This document shows, in pieces, positions 27,511-36,404 of a stretch of 64,000 bases of DNA. This DNA is from an uncultured Candidatus Saccharibacteria bacterium (GTDB lineage: Bacteria > Patescibacteriota > Minisyncoccia > Phycocordibacterales > UBA6899). The stretch covers positions 45,777-109,776 of the forward strand of contig CAZERF010000001.1 in the NCBI GenBank assembly GCA_964515375.1, in the 5' to 3' direction. The notes under the pieces are model-generated. The model was not told the DNA's origin. It ran no database searches and saw only the letters and a list, made by a program, of their open reading frames with translations. Made by a program: the position numbers and the translations under genes. Within the stretch, counting starts at the first letter, position 1; each line of letters opens with the position of its first letter.

Positions 27511-29983
27511 ACTCATCATCACATATAGCATGCGTCTTGTACGCCGAGAGTGGCGGCGTTTTGCACTTCCATTCGCATCACTTGCGATCACGGGCGTGGT
27601 GCTCATGCTCATTTTGTTGTTGACGAACGCGGGGGAGCTGCTTCTTCGAGAACAGGCGCGCGAGATCGCGGGTGGGGATGTTGTCGTGGAGTCTCCGTCT
27701 CCGATCGACACACGCGGTTTGTGGGAGAGGGCGGGGGTCTTGCCTGAGCGGACATCCGAGCAGGTCACCTTCTCCGGGACGTTGCGCGCGGGCGACACGA
27801 CCGCACCCTTCACGATCAGGGCAGTCGACGGGGCGTATCCCTTGTATGGCACCTTTGTGCTTCAGGATGGAGCATATCGCGATCCGGGCGCGGATGGGGT
27901 GTATCTCGACGAAGCGGGAAGTGAGCGACTCGGGGTGAGTGTGGGCGACCGTGTCTCCTTTGGAAATGCCGAGTATGTCGTGCGGGGAGTCGTGCTTGCC
28001 GAGCCGACCTCGCTCTTTGGTGGATTTCGGTTCTTCCCGCAGGCGATCATTGGACTTGAGGGGTTCGCGCGCGCGGAGGTGGAGCCGTCGCTTTTGCGCG
28101 CGGAGTATGTGCTTGCCGCGGCGATTTCTACGCTTTCCGAAGAATCAATTGCGACACTCCAAGCCATTGAGGAAGAAGAAGGTCTTGATATTGATCTGCC
28201 GGGATCGGGCGGGCAGGGGCTTCAATTCGGACTCGATGTGGTGTCGGATTTTCTTGTTGTCGCGGTCTTGGTGACGGCGGTGCTCTCTGCGGTCAATGTC
28301 TATGCAAGCACGCTCTACTTGGTAACGGTTGAGCGCAAAAGTCTCGCGGTCTTCCTCGCGCTTGGTATGCGCAAACGGACATTGATCGCGGTGTTGGGAT
28401 TCGCGCTTTCTTTTGTCGTCATTGTTTCGGGTCTTGCTGGAGTATTCTTTGGCGCGGGAGTCTTCATGGTGCTTCGCGATATCCTCGCGACTCGTCTTTT
28501 TATTGATCTTCCGATTCCCGCATTCCTTCCGTACGCGCTGCTCGCACTCCTTCTTTTGGCGACGACCGCGTTTGATGCGTTCGTTCCCGCGGTGCGACGG
28601 ATCATCACGCTTTCTCCCAAGCGCGCGCTTTCGGGTGTCGACGATGAGGCGTTGCGCAGGACATCGTCTGGAACACTCTTTGTTATTACGATGTCGACAC
28701 TTGTTCCGCTCCTCGTGCTTGCGATCGTTCTCTTTGGGAATATTCGCGACGGGGCGATCGTGATGTTTGGAATCCTCGGTGTCTATCTCGTCGTGGGAGC
28801 ACTCTTCTCGTTCATTCTTCATGCGTTGTATGTGCGCCGCGCGCGATTTGGTTTCTTTGTGCGAAACATCATCAGTCACAAAAAGGCGGATGGACTCTTC
28901 GGGATCGTCTCGTTCACCTCGCTCTTTGTTGCGCTCACCGCGCTTTCGACGCTCGTCTTGCTCCAGGTGGCGCTCGAGCGCTATCTTGTGAACGATCTCG
29001 CACGGACGGTCCCGACAACGTACGTGCTTGATATCCAGCCCTCCCAAGAAGACGCGCTTCTTGAGCGGTTTCCCGAGTTGACCCTCTTTGCCAATACTCC
29101 CGCGCGTATCGTGGATATCGACGGGGTCCGTATCCAAGACGAGCTTGCACGAGACTCTGGAGCGGTCGATCGTGAGCTTGGGCGTGAGTTCAATCTAACG
29201 GCACGCACAAATCTGCTTGAGAGTGAGACGCTCGTCCAGGGAGAATTCTTTGGGTCACGACGCGGGGAGATCTCTGTCGATCGAGAGTTTGCGGAGCGGG
29301 CAAATATTCGGATGGGTTCGCGTGTCGAATTTCTCATCCAGGGGTTTCCCGTCTCTGGGGTGGTCACGAGTTTGCGCGACACAGACTCGCGTTCGGGGCT
29401 TCCGTTCTTCTACTTTGTGCTCCATCCCGACGATCTCGCGCGATTTCCGGGAATCTCTTTCGGCTACGCGTACTACGAGTCTTCGGCGCAAGATGAACTC
29501 GGACGTTTCTTGGCGTCCTCGATGCCCAATGTGTCGATGATCGAAACACAAGCGATCGGACCGCTTCTTCTGCGGATCGTCGGGCTTCTTCTCACACTCG
29601 TGCTTGTGGTGACCATTCCACCACTTCTGATCGCGACACTGCTTATCGCAACGCTCGTCGTCTCGTCGTATGCGTCACGGCGCAGAGAGGGCGGACGTCT
29701 CCGTGCGATCGGGGCGACACGAGCGTCGGTCCTTCGGTCGTATCTGGGTGAGTCGGTGACACTCTCGGCACTCGCGACGATTCTCGCGTACTTACTCTCG
29801 ACACTGATCGCCTACGGAGTGAGTATGTATTTTCTCGATCTTGAACTGTTCGTATTATTCGATACGGAGCTTCTGATGGGGTCGGGGCTCGTTCTCCTCT
29901 TTGTTGCGGGGATCAGTCTCTTTCTTTTCGTGCGGGATACTATGCCGCTCCGTGAACTTCTTTCGCATGAATCAGACCGTTAA
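27497..29983 (+). CDS. ABC transporter permease, FtsX-like family (duplicated FtsX domains, MacB/YbbP-like)
   Basis: The 828-aa ORF has a 4-TM FtsX-like module at both the N-terminal and C-terminal ends, with large extracytoplasmic loops. It overlaps the ATPase gene stop. Confidence 0.8.
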   Translation: MNATELIITYSMRLVRREWRRFALPFASLAITGVVLMLILLLTNAGELLLREQAREIAGGDVVVESPSPIDTRGLWERAGVLPERTSEQVTFSGTLRAGDTTAPFTIRAVDGAYPLYGTFVLQDGAYRDPGADGVYLDEAGSERLGVSVGDRVSFGNAEYVVRGVVLAEPTSLFGGFRFFPQAIIGLEGFARAEVEPSLLRAEYVLAAAISTLSEESIATLQAIEEEEGLDIDLPGSGGQGLQFGLDVVSDFLVVAVLVTAVLSAVNVYASTLYLVTVERKSLAVFLALGMRKRTLIAVLGFALSFVVIVSGLAGVFFGAGVFMVLRDILATRLFIDLPIPAFLPYALLALLLLATTAFDAFVPAVRRIITLSPKRALSGVDDEALRRTSSGTLFVITMSTLVPLLVLAIVLFGNIRDGAIVMFGILGVYLVVGALFSFILHALYVRRARFGFFVRNIISHKKADGLFGIVSFTSLFVALTALSTLVLLQVALERYLVNDLARTVPTTYVLDIQPSQEDALLERFPELTLFANTPARIVDIDGVRIQDELARDSGAVDRELGREFNLTARTNLLESETLVQGEFFGSRRGEISVDREFAERANIRMGSRVEFLIQGFPVSGVVTSLRDTDSRSGLPFFYFVLHPDDLARFPGISFGYAYYESSAQDELGRFLASSMPNVSMIETQAIGPLLLRIVGLLLTLVLVVTIPPLLIATLLIATLVVSSYASRRREGGRLRAIGATRASVLRSYLGESVTLSALATILAYLLSTLIAYGVSMYFLDLELFVLFDTELLMGSGLVLLFVAGISLFLFVRDTMPLRELLSHESDR

Positions 29984-30689
29984 GATCGCTCTTCTTTTAC
30001 TGCTCGCCGCGACCATGCTCGCCGCGCTTGTCTTTGCACTGTCTTTGCGCTCTCCTGCCCGCACGACTGGGGAAGGAGGAAACATTTCAGAAGGGGAAGT
30101 GTTGGATGTCGAGCTCAAGGATGCCCCTGAAAAGCTCATTATTGCCTTTGGTGACAGTTTGACGGCCGGGTACGGATTACCCGCGAGTGAGGCCTATCCC
30201 GCGCTTTTGGAGGCACTTTTGCGGGAGAAAGGAGCGTCGGTGCGAGTCGTCAACTCCGGTGTGAGCGGCGAAACGACTCGAGGTAACCTTGAGCGCGCGC
30301 CGTTCATCCGCTCCCAGGACCCTGATCTCGTGCTCCTTGGTATTGGTGGGAACGACATGCTTCGCCAGCTTCCTGTTTCCGAGACGCGCGCGAATATCGA
30401 CGCCACACTTGCCGTGTTGAGAGGGGGTCTCGACGCGCCGAAGGTCGTCTTGCTTCGCATCCAAGCTCCCGCAAATGCCGGACCTGAATACAAGGCGGCA
30501 TTTGATAGTATCTACGACGATCTTGCTCGCGCGTATGATATTCCGATCGTCCCCTTTGTTGTTCCTGAGGTATTTCTCGACCCCGCGCTTCTCCTGTCTG
30601 ACCGGGTTCATCCCAACAAGACGGGGTATGAGCGGATCGTACGGGAGTATATCCTTCCCGCAATTGCCACATCTTTTCCCGCGCAGTGA
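29967..30689 (+). CDS. SGNH/GDSL-family hydrolase (TesA/arylesterase-like), secreted
   Basis: Block I is GDSLTAGYG, block III GGND and block V DRVHPN. There is a signal peptide. The start was chosen at ATG 29967 (MNQTVKIALLL), which overlaps the permease stop. The track ORF begins earlier at 29901. Confidence 0.8.
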   Translation: MNQTVKIALLLLLAATMLAALVFALSLRSPARTTGEGGNISEGEVLDVELKDAPEKLIIAFGDSLTAGYGLPASEAYPALLEALLREKGASVRVVNSGVSGETTRGNLERAPFIRSQDPDLVLLGIGGNDMLRQLPVSETRANIDATLAVLRGGLDAPKVVLLRIQAPANAGPEYKAAFDSIYDDLARAYDIPIVPFVVPEVFLDPALLLSDRVHPNKTGYERIVREYILPAIATSFPAQ

Positions 30690-30795
30690 ACATTTTTTGA
30701 ATGGTCATTGTGCGATCTCTTCTCTTCTCGTTGAGATGCGCGCACGGAGCACCGTTCAAACAAAAACCTCGGCATGATGCCGAGGTTTTTTGTAC

Positions 30796-32217
30796 TTACT
30801 GTTCGATGACCTTGAATGATTGCCTTATTCCTCCTCCGGTGAGGATGATCGTGCTACGAGAGAAATTGCTGAGAGTTGCGGTTTTTTCGGTCGTTCCCAA
30901 TGTTGTGGGGGTGAAGGCAATGGTGAATTCCTGCGAACTGCGCGGGGGAAGGTTGTATGTGCAGACGCCAACGCAGGCGAAGGGAGCCGGGATGATCAGT
31001 GTTCCCACGCCGGCATGGGTCACGAAGCTCGGGTTGTTGATACGAAGGGTGAGCTTTTCTGTTTTTCCGACTACAGTGGGAGGGAAGTCGAGTCGTTCAT
31101 TGATCGACAACAGCTGTCCCTCTCCGTTCACGAATCGCTCTGCGTCGCCGCCTCCCGAAAAGTTGACAGTGGCGATGCGTGTTCCGACACTTCCGGTCGG
31201 TGCAAAGCGGATAACAACCTCCTGTTCGTGATCGCGTCCGATGTTTGCATATCCGCACGAGACACACGAGAAGCCCATTCCCGCCTGCACTACCGCGGAT
31301 CCAGAGAGGAGTGTCCCTTCTGGTCCGACATTTTTGACTCGAAAGACTCCTTCAAGTGTGTCGCCAAGCTCGACTCCATAGAAAAAGAGTGTCGGGTTGG
31401 GGGAGACCGCAATGATGGGGGTCGGTGCGGAAGGAGTGCCGGACGGGGGAGTCACTCCGGTTCCGTTCCCGGGCACGGTCACATTTCCTCCCCCGGAGAA
31501 TCCTATGTCTGTTGTTTTCGACCCTTCGGTTGTGGGAGTGAAGGAAATCGTGACCGGATGTTCGGTTCCGGGGGTGATGTTGTTGTACGTGCATCCGGTG
31601 ACGCAGGTGAAGGAGGGGTCTCCCGCGAGTGTGACGCTTCCAGTGAGCTCTGATGATGCTCCGCCGGTGTTGGTGACCGTAACGGTAAGGGTCTTTGTTT
31701 CATTGACGGTCACTTCGTTGTAGTGAAGTGGGGAAGGCGAAACAGTGATGACAGGGATGGTTGCGGGGTCAGGGTTGGTGACCGATCCAACTACGCCGTC
31801 GATAACGTTTCCGAGGAGGTCGGTTACGTCATCAATGAACGAACCGGTGTCTCCCGAGATGCTCACGCTGACTGTGGCGAAGTAGGTGATCCCCCAGTCG
31901 CCGACACAGGTGAACTGCCATTCGTAGACCGCCGGGCCTGCCCATCCGGAAAGTTCTCCCGAGTCATAGGAGGTTCCCGAGGGAAGCGGTTGGTCTTTCC
32001 ACTCCCATGTCGTTCCGTTGTTCAAACGTGACCATGTGCAGGAGTTCACCCCGTCTGAGGTCATGGTGACGCGAAACTTATCCAATGAGTCAATGGAGTT
32101 GGACGAAGCCGTTGCGCTGATCGACCCCGCAAGGGCGGCAAAGGGGAGCGACGCTCCAAAAATAAGAGTAATAAAAAAAGTTGAGATGTGGGATGAAATT
32201 CTCTTCATGAGAGCCAT
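30796..32217 (-). CDS. Secreted protein with three repeated ASH/choice-of-anchor-D-like beta-sandwich domains
   Basis: A signal peptide is followed by three ~100-aa repeats with the pattern V.V.P..L.F..V..G.T......V.N.G...L.GS....G..F.C..C...I.....E..V.I.F.PT..G. Confidence 0.65.
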   Translation of the reverse strand: MALMKRISSHISTFFITLIFGASLPFAALAGSISATASSNSIDSLDKFRVTMTSDGVNSCTWSRLNNGTTWEWKDQPLPSGTSYDSGELSGWAGPAVYEWQFTCVGDWGITYFATVSVSISGDTGSFIDDVTDLLGNVIDGVVGSVTNPDPATIPVITVSPSPLHYNEVTVNETKTLTVTVTNTGGASSELTGSVTLAGDPSFTCVTGCTYNNITPGTEHPVTISFTPTTEGSKTTDIGFSGGGNVTVPGNGTGVTPPSGTPSAPTPIIAVSPNPTLFFYGVELGDTLEGVFRVKNVGPEGTLLSGSAVVQAGMGFSCVSCGYANIGRDHEQEVVIRFAPTGSVGTRIATVNFSGGGDAERFVNGEGQLLSINERLDFPPTVVGKTEKLTLRINNPSFVTHAGVGTLIIPAPFACVGVCTYNLPPRSSQEFTIAFTPTTLGTTEKTATLSNFSRSTIILTGGGIRQSFKVIEQ

Positions 32218-32579
32218 TATGCATAAAAAAACAATTCTGTCAAGAGTTTTTCCTGCGAATATAAGGCCATGTTGAGGGGTCTTGCACTCTGAAGGATCCT
32301 TTCATTGCGTGGACGGTACACCCCGACGGTTTCGCAAAGCCGAAACATCGGCGGGGTCTTCGAATCCTCCGCGCGGGCAAGCAAGTTGCCTGTTTGGCCG
32401 CCTGTTATTTGCTTGGTCACAAGTTACTAAGCAAATGCGGAGGCGGAGCTCCTTATTTGCTAAGTACTTTCGACCCCGCCTCGTATTGTTCCGCGCCCAG
32501 GCAAAACAGGGCGCTCACAATATACTCCGGCTCACAAAAGCTAAAACTCCCATAAGGGGGAGTTTTTTTTACGCTTTTG

Positions 32580-32653
32580 TGCACCCTGGAGGATTCGAAC
32601 CTCCGACCCCTGCAATGTGAATGCAATGCTCTAACCAACTGAGCTAAGGGTGC
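32580..32653 (-). tRNA. tRNA-Val (anticodon CAC)
   Basis: Minus-strand fold. The acceptor stem is GCACCCT/AGGGTGC. The anticodon stem is TTGCA/TGCAG with loop TTCACAT. The T arm is GGAGG-TTCGAAT-CCTCC. Confidence 0.85.
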
Positions 32654-32699
32654 AATAATGAGATACTAACATATCCCGGTCTTCCGCTCAATGGGGACT

Positions 32700-32898
32700 C
32701 ACCAAATGAAAACACGACACTTCTTTCGAAGTGCCGTGTTCATTGGTGGGCGATAAGGGGGATTCGGTCACAAGTCACTAAGCGGAATGCGGAGCAAAGC
32801 TCCTTATCCGCTAAGTGCTCGCGACCCCGACTCGGCCACGCCACTTGAGGACAAGTGTCGGCTTCGCGGCCTCCGTCTTTCGAATCCCTTATCATCCT
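32700..32898 (+). repeat. Tandem repeat unit 1 (199 bp) carrying tRNA-Val(GAC) 3'-end fragments in both orientations, a terminator-like hairpin and a small conserved stem-loop element
   Basis: Unit 1 (32700-32898) and unit 2 (32899-33097) are identical as far as can be checked by eye. Each contains TTCATTGGTGGGCGATAAGGGGGATTCG (direct copy of the tRNA 3' end) and TTTCGAATCCCTTATCATCCTCACCA (inverted copy). Confidence 0.85.
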
Positions 32899-33097
32899 CA
32901 CCAAACGAAAACACGACACTTCTTTCGAAGTGCCGTGTTCATTGGTGGGCGATAAGGGGGATTCGGTCACAAGTCACTAAGCGGAATGCGGAGCAAAGCT
33001 CCTTATCCGCTAAGTGCTCGCGACCCCGACTCGGCCACGCCACTTGAGGACAAGTGTCGGCTTCGCGGCCTCCGTCTTTCGAATCCCTTATCATCCT
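32899..33097 (+). repeat. Tandem repeat unit 2 (199 bp)
   Basis: See unit 1. A third, partial unit (33098-33141) runs directly into the genuine tRNA-Val(GAC). Confidence 0.85.
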
Positions 33098-33141
33098 CAC
33101 CAAACGAAAACACGACACTTCTTTCGAAGTGCCGTGTTCAT

Positions 33142-33218
33142 TGGTGGGCGATAAGGGATTCGAACCCCTGACCTACCGCACGTCAAGCGGTCGCTCTAGC
33201 CAACTGAGCTAATCGCCC
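33142..33218 (-). tRNA. tRNA-Val (anticodon GAC)
   Basis: Minus-strand fold. The acceptor stem is GGGCGAT/ATCGCCC. The anticodon stem is ACCGC/GCGGT with loop TTGACGT. The T arm is AGGGG-TTCGAAT-CCCTT. CCA is encoded. A hairpin plus T-run terminator sits immediately downstream (33096-33134). Confidence 0.9.
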
Positions 33219-33378
33219 AAAAGCATTACTGCTTGGGATGAGGAAATACTAGCAAAACTCGATGAAAACAACAAGTGCACAAGACGGCTATTTTGTTGCC
33301 GGGAGCATTGACCAGATGGGTATTTTTGTGTTACAATAGAATAAGGTAGTTTGTACAACCTTGAATAAGGAGAGATTC

Positions 33379-33927
33379 GTGAGTCATTTCGACCCCCATG
33401 GTTTTGGTGCTCCGGAGGTTTGTCGGGAGATCATCATTCCTGACTCGTATGAGCCCACACTGCGCGTTCAGCAGTTTTTTGACGGCCTGCGTGAGGCGGA
33501 GCGTCAGGGTGAGGCTAAATACTCCTTGGCCTATGAGGACCTCGGAGGGCCTCCTCATGTCACTTTCGCTACGGCGAACAAAGAGATCACTCCGGGAGTG
33601 TACACTCTTGAACTTGTTCCACTCTTGAAGACGATGAGTACCAAGGCGGTACTCGAGTATCTTCGCTCGAGACGTGCGGCACTTCTCGGAGTGCATGGGT
33701 TGATTCTTCTCATTGAGGAGGGTGTCCAATTCTCGGGAGAGATTGCTTCGTTTGCCCCAAGGCAGAAGAAGCTCAGTGCAGCAAGCGGTCCGAATCCTTC
33801 CCAAAAGGAATCCCTGGCTGCGCCGACTCTGTTTCATCGCGATGGGCTCTATTTTATGAGTACTGCGCGCGCCGCACAGTCCTTGTGGACACGGCAACAT
33901 ATGCTCGCCGTCTTCGTGCGGCAGTAG
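33379..33927 (+). CDS. Hypothetical protein
   Basis: A GTG start lies 6 nt after AAGGAGA. The track uses the TTG at 33361. No family was recognised. A terminator follows. Confidence 0.5.
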   Translation: MSHFDPHGFGAPEVCREIIIPDSYEPTLRVQQFFDGLREAERQGEAKYSLAYEDLGGPPHVTFATANKEITPGVYTLELVPLLKTMSTKAVLEYLRSRRAALLGVHGLILLIEEGVQFSGEIASFAPRQKKLSAASGPNPSQKESLAAPTLFHRDGLYFMSTARAAQSLWTRQHMLAVFVRQ

Positions 33928-33944
33928 GTATCGCGGTATTTCAA

Positions 33945-33975
33945 AAACCGCCGAGATCATTCTCGGCGGTTTCTT
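33945..33975. terminator. Bidirectional terminator between the convergent hypothetical gene and trxB
   Basis: AAAACCGCCGAGA-tcatt-CTCGGCGGTTTCTT. Confidence 0.6.
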
Positions 33976-33988
33976 CATTCGGGAAAAG

Positions 33989-34912
33989 TTACTTTGCTCG
34001 GAGGTGCATGTAGATATCTTCGAGCGCTCGGACGGCGTCTCCCGCCGCGATGTTGTTTTGGTGGTAGAGAATGTCGGTGCAGTCTCCCGCAGCCCAGATG
34101 CCTGGCGTACGTGTTTGCTGGGTTCGGGGGTCAATGACGATCTGGCCGGCGCCGTTGCGTTCGACAACATCCTTCACAAAATCAGTCGAAGGGATGAGTC
34201 CGATCTCGACAAAGATGCCTGCGGTTGGAAGGGTGGCCGTTTCTCCTGTCGCTATGTTTTTGTAGACGATCGCTTCGACAAATTTCTCACCCTTCACTTC
34301 GACGAGTTCGATGTTGGTGAGCGCTTTCATGTTGGGGTGCTCGAGGACGCGGGTGACCGTGACGGGGTCTGCGCGAAACTCAGGTCCGCGCTGAAGCAGG
34401 GTTACGCTTTTGGTGTACGCGAGAAGTTGTGCCGCGCTCTCGAATGCGGCGTTGCCTCCGCCGATCACGACGACATCTTGTTTACCAAAGAGCGGTCCGT
34501 CGCAGGAGGCGCAGTAGGTGATTCCCTTGTTCTCAAAGAGGTCCGCTCCCGGGATAGTGAGTTTGCGTCGCGTACTCCCGACGGTAATGAGGACGGTCTT
34601 TGTCTCGTGGATCACCCCATCGCTTGTGCGGACAACGAAACTCTCGCCCTTTTTCTCGACATGGTCCGCGCGTTTTCCGACCATGATGGTCACGATATCC
34701 GTTGCATATTCTTCGAGGTGTTTCTTGAGACTCTGTGCAAGTTCGAGCCCGGAGATGTGGGGTGTGCCGATCCAGTTTTGAATATCGTCGGAAACGGTCG
34801 ATTGCCCGCCCCATTCGTCGGTGATGAAGAGTGTCTTTAGTTGTTTGCGAGCGGCATAAACTCCGGCGGCAACACCGCCCGGGCCCCCGCCAATGATGAT
34901 GAGGTCGTACAT
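33989..34912 (-). CDS. trxB: Thioredoxin-disulfide reductase
   Basis: YDLIIIGGGPGG is the FAD-binding motif. CASCDG is the redox-active disulfide. GGGNAA is the NADPH-binding motif. Confidence 0.95.
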   Translation of the reverse strand: MYDLIIIGGGPGGVAAGVYAARKQLKTLFITDEWGGQSTVSDDIQNWIGTPHISGLELAQSLKKHLEEYATDIVTIMVGKRADHVEKKGESFVVRTSDGVIHETKTVLITVGSTRRKLTIPGADLFENKGITYCASCDGPLFGKQDVVVIGGGNAAFESAAQLLAYTKSVTLLQRGPEFRADPVTVTRVLEHPNMKALTNIELVEVKGEKFVEAIVYKNIATGETATLPTAGIFVEIGLIPSTDFVKDVVERNGAGQIVIDPRTQQTRTPGIWAAGDCTDILYHQNNIAAGDAVRALEDIYMHLRAK

Positions 34913-34938
34913 ATTTGTAGGTGACTAAGGATTAATTT

Positions 34939-36213
34939 TTAGCGCAATTTTGAGCGACGGAGGAAGGAAGGGATAACACCGAGGTCGTCGTCATCGTCGT
35001 CAAAAGAAGGTGTTTCGGGACGCTTCTTTGTGTCGGTGTGTTCTTCGGGGAGTGTGTTGAAAATCGCGTGCTCGACATCCTTGCTCGTGCGCTCTTCTTT
35101 TTTTGGTGTGTCTTTCTTTGCAAAGAGTGTTCCGGTATCTTCCTCGACTTCTTCCTCGACCTCTTCGTATTCCTCATCTTCCTCTTCGTTGTCGGCGATG
35201 ACCGCGGCAACAGGAGTATTGCGATCGTCACGGTGAAGTTTTTTGACGGTACGGCCGGTTGCGTCCGGGAATCCCGACGCGATGACCGTGATCTTGACCT
35301 CGCCTTTGCGGAGCTTTTGGTCGATGATCGTTCCGAAGATGACCTTTGCGTTCGTGTCGACGGACTCCGTGATGACCTTTGCCGCTTCCTGAATCTCGTT
35401 CATGGTCATGTCTTCTCCTCCCGCGATGGCAAAGAGTACTCCGCGCGCGCCATTGATCGAGACGTCGAGGAGGGGAGAGTTGATAGCCATTCGGGCCGCT
35501 TCGGTCGCGCGATTCTCTCCGGAGGCGATACCGATACCCATGAGTGCTGTTCCCGCGTTGGCCATGATCGCCTTGATGTCGGCAAAGTCGACATTGATAA
35601 GTCCCGGCGTGGTGATAAGGTCGGAGATCCCTTCTACCGCCTGGCGTAACACTTCGTCACACTGCGCAAAAGCGGAAAGAATAGTGGTGTCTTTGGTGTT
35701 GTTCAGGAGTTTGTCGTTGGGAATGATGATAAGCGCATCCACTTCATCCTCGAGAGACTCAAGTCCTTTTTCGGCGAGCATCATGCGTTGTGAACCTTCG
35801 AAGAAGAAAGGTTTGGTAACAACACCGATCGTGAGCGCGTTTTGTTCGCGCGCGGTCTTTGCGATGACCGGTGATGCGCCTGTCCCCGTGCCTCCGCCCA
35901 TGCCTCCCGCAATGAAGACCATATCCGCACCCTTGAGTGCTTCTTGGATCTCTTCTTTTGTTTCTTCCGCAGCGCGCCGACCGAGATCCGGATTCATTCC
36001 CGTTCCGAGTCCGCGGGTGAGGTTCTTACCGATGTGGATCTTGCGACTTGCGAGAGAGTTGTGGAGATCTTGCGCGTCGGTGTTCACAACAATGAACTCG
36101 ACACCGGTTACCTTCGAGCGAACCATGTGGTTGACCGCATTGCGACCGGAGCCACCTGCACCGACTACTTTGATGCGTGCGAATGCTTCGATCTCGGGAT
36201 TTATTTTTGGCAT
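34939..36213 (-). CDS. ftsZ: Cell division protein FtsZ
   Basis: GGGTGTGASPVIA is the tubulin signature. NTDAQ is present. The C-terminal tail is acidic. Confidence 0.95.
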   Translation of the reverse strand: MPKINPEIEAFARIKVVGAGGSGRNAVNHMVRSKVTGVEFIVVNTDAQDLHNSLASRKIHIGKNLTRGLGTGMNPDLGRRAAEETKEEIQEALKGADMVFIAGGMGGGTGTGASPVIAKTAREQNALTIGVVTKPFFFEGSQRMMLAEKGLESLEDEVDALIIIPNDKLLNNTKDTTILSAFAQCDEVLRQAVEGISDLITTPGLINVDFADIKAIMANAGTALMGIGIASGENRATEAARMAINSPLLDVSINGARGVLFAIAGGEDMTMNEIQEAAKVITESVDTNAKVIFGTIIDQKLRKGEVKITVIASGFPDATGRTVKKLHRDDRNTPVAAVIADNEEEDEEYEEVEEEVEEDTGTLFAKKDTPKKEERTSKDVEHAIFNTLPEEHTDTKKRPETPSFDDDDDDLGVIPSFLRRSKLR

Positions 36214-36404
36214 GATAATGAGATTGCGTTAGGCGTTCCGTGGGAACACGGTATGGACTGATATATCGAGAAGTATACCAGAAACTCATGACAATGAAAG
36301 CGGTGTTTTTGTGTGAAGGAACACAGAGAACATCATGTGGAAATGTCAAAAACCCACCTCGGGGAAATAAGGGGGAATGGTCACCCGGAGCACAAAAATG
36401 AGCA

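Noticed and set aside
30820-31653. 277-aa plus-strand ORF (and 30701-31231) inside the secreted ASH-domain protein gene
   Set aside because: It is antisense to the repeat-domain gene and has no recognisable motifs.
32700-33141. Possible CRISPR array (regular tandem repeats)
   Set aside because: The units are 199 bp, are identical including what would be the 'spacer' portions, contain tRNA fragments, and have no cas genes nearby. This is a tandem duplication, not CRISPR.
32282-33171. ORFs 32282-32620, 32787-33047 and 32986-33171
   Set aside because: They lie within tRNA-Val genes and the 199-bp tandem repeats. The repeated identical peptides reflect the DNA repeat.
34004-36232. Plus-strand ORFs (34004-34840, 35038-35649, 35402-36232) overlapping trxB and ftsZ
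   Set aside because: They are antisense shadows of highly conserved genes.
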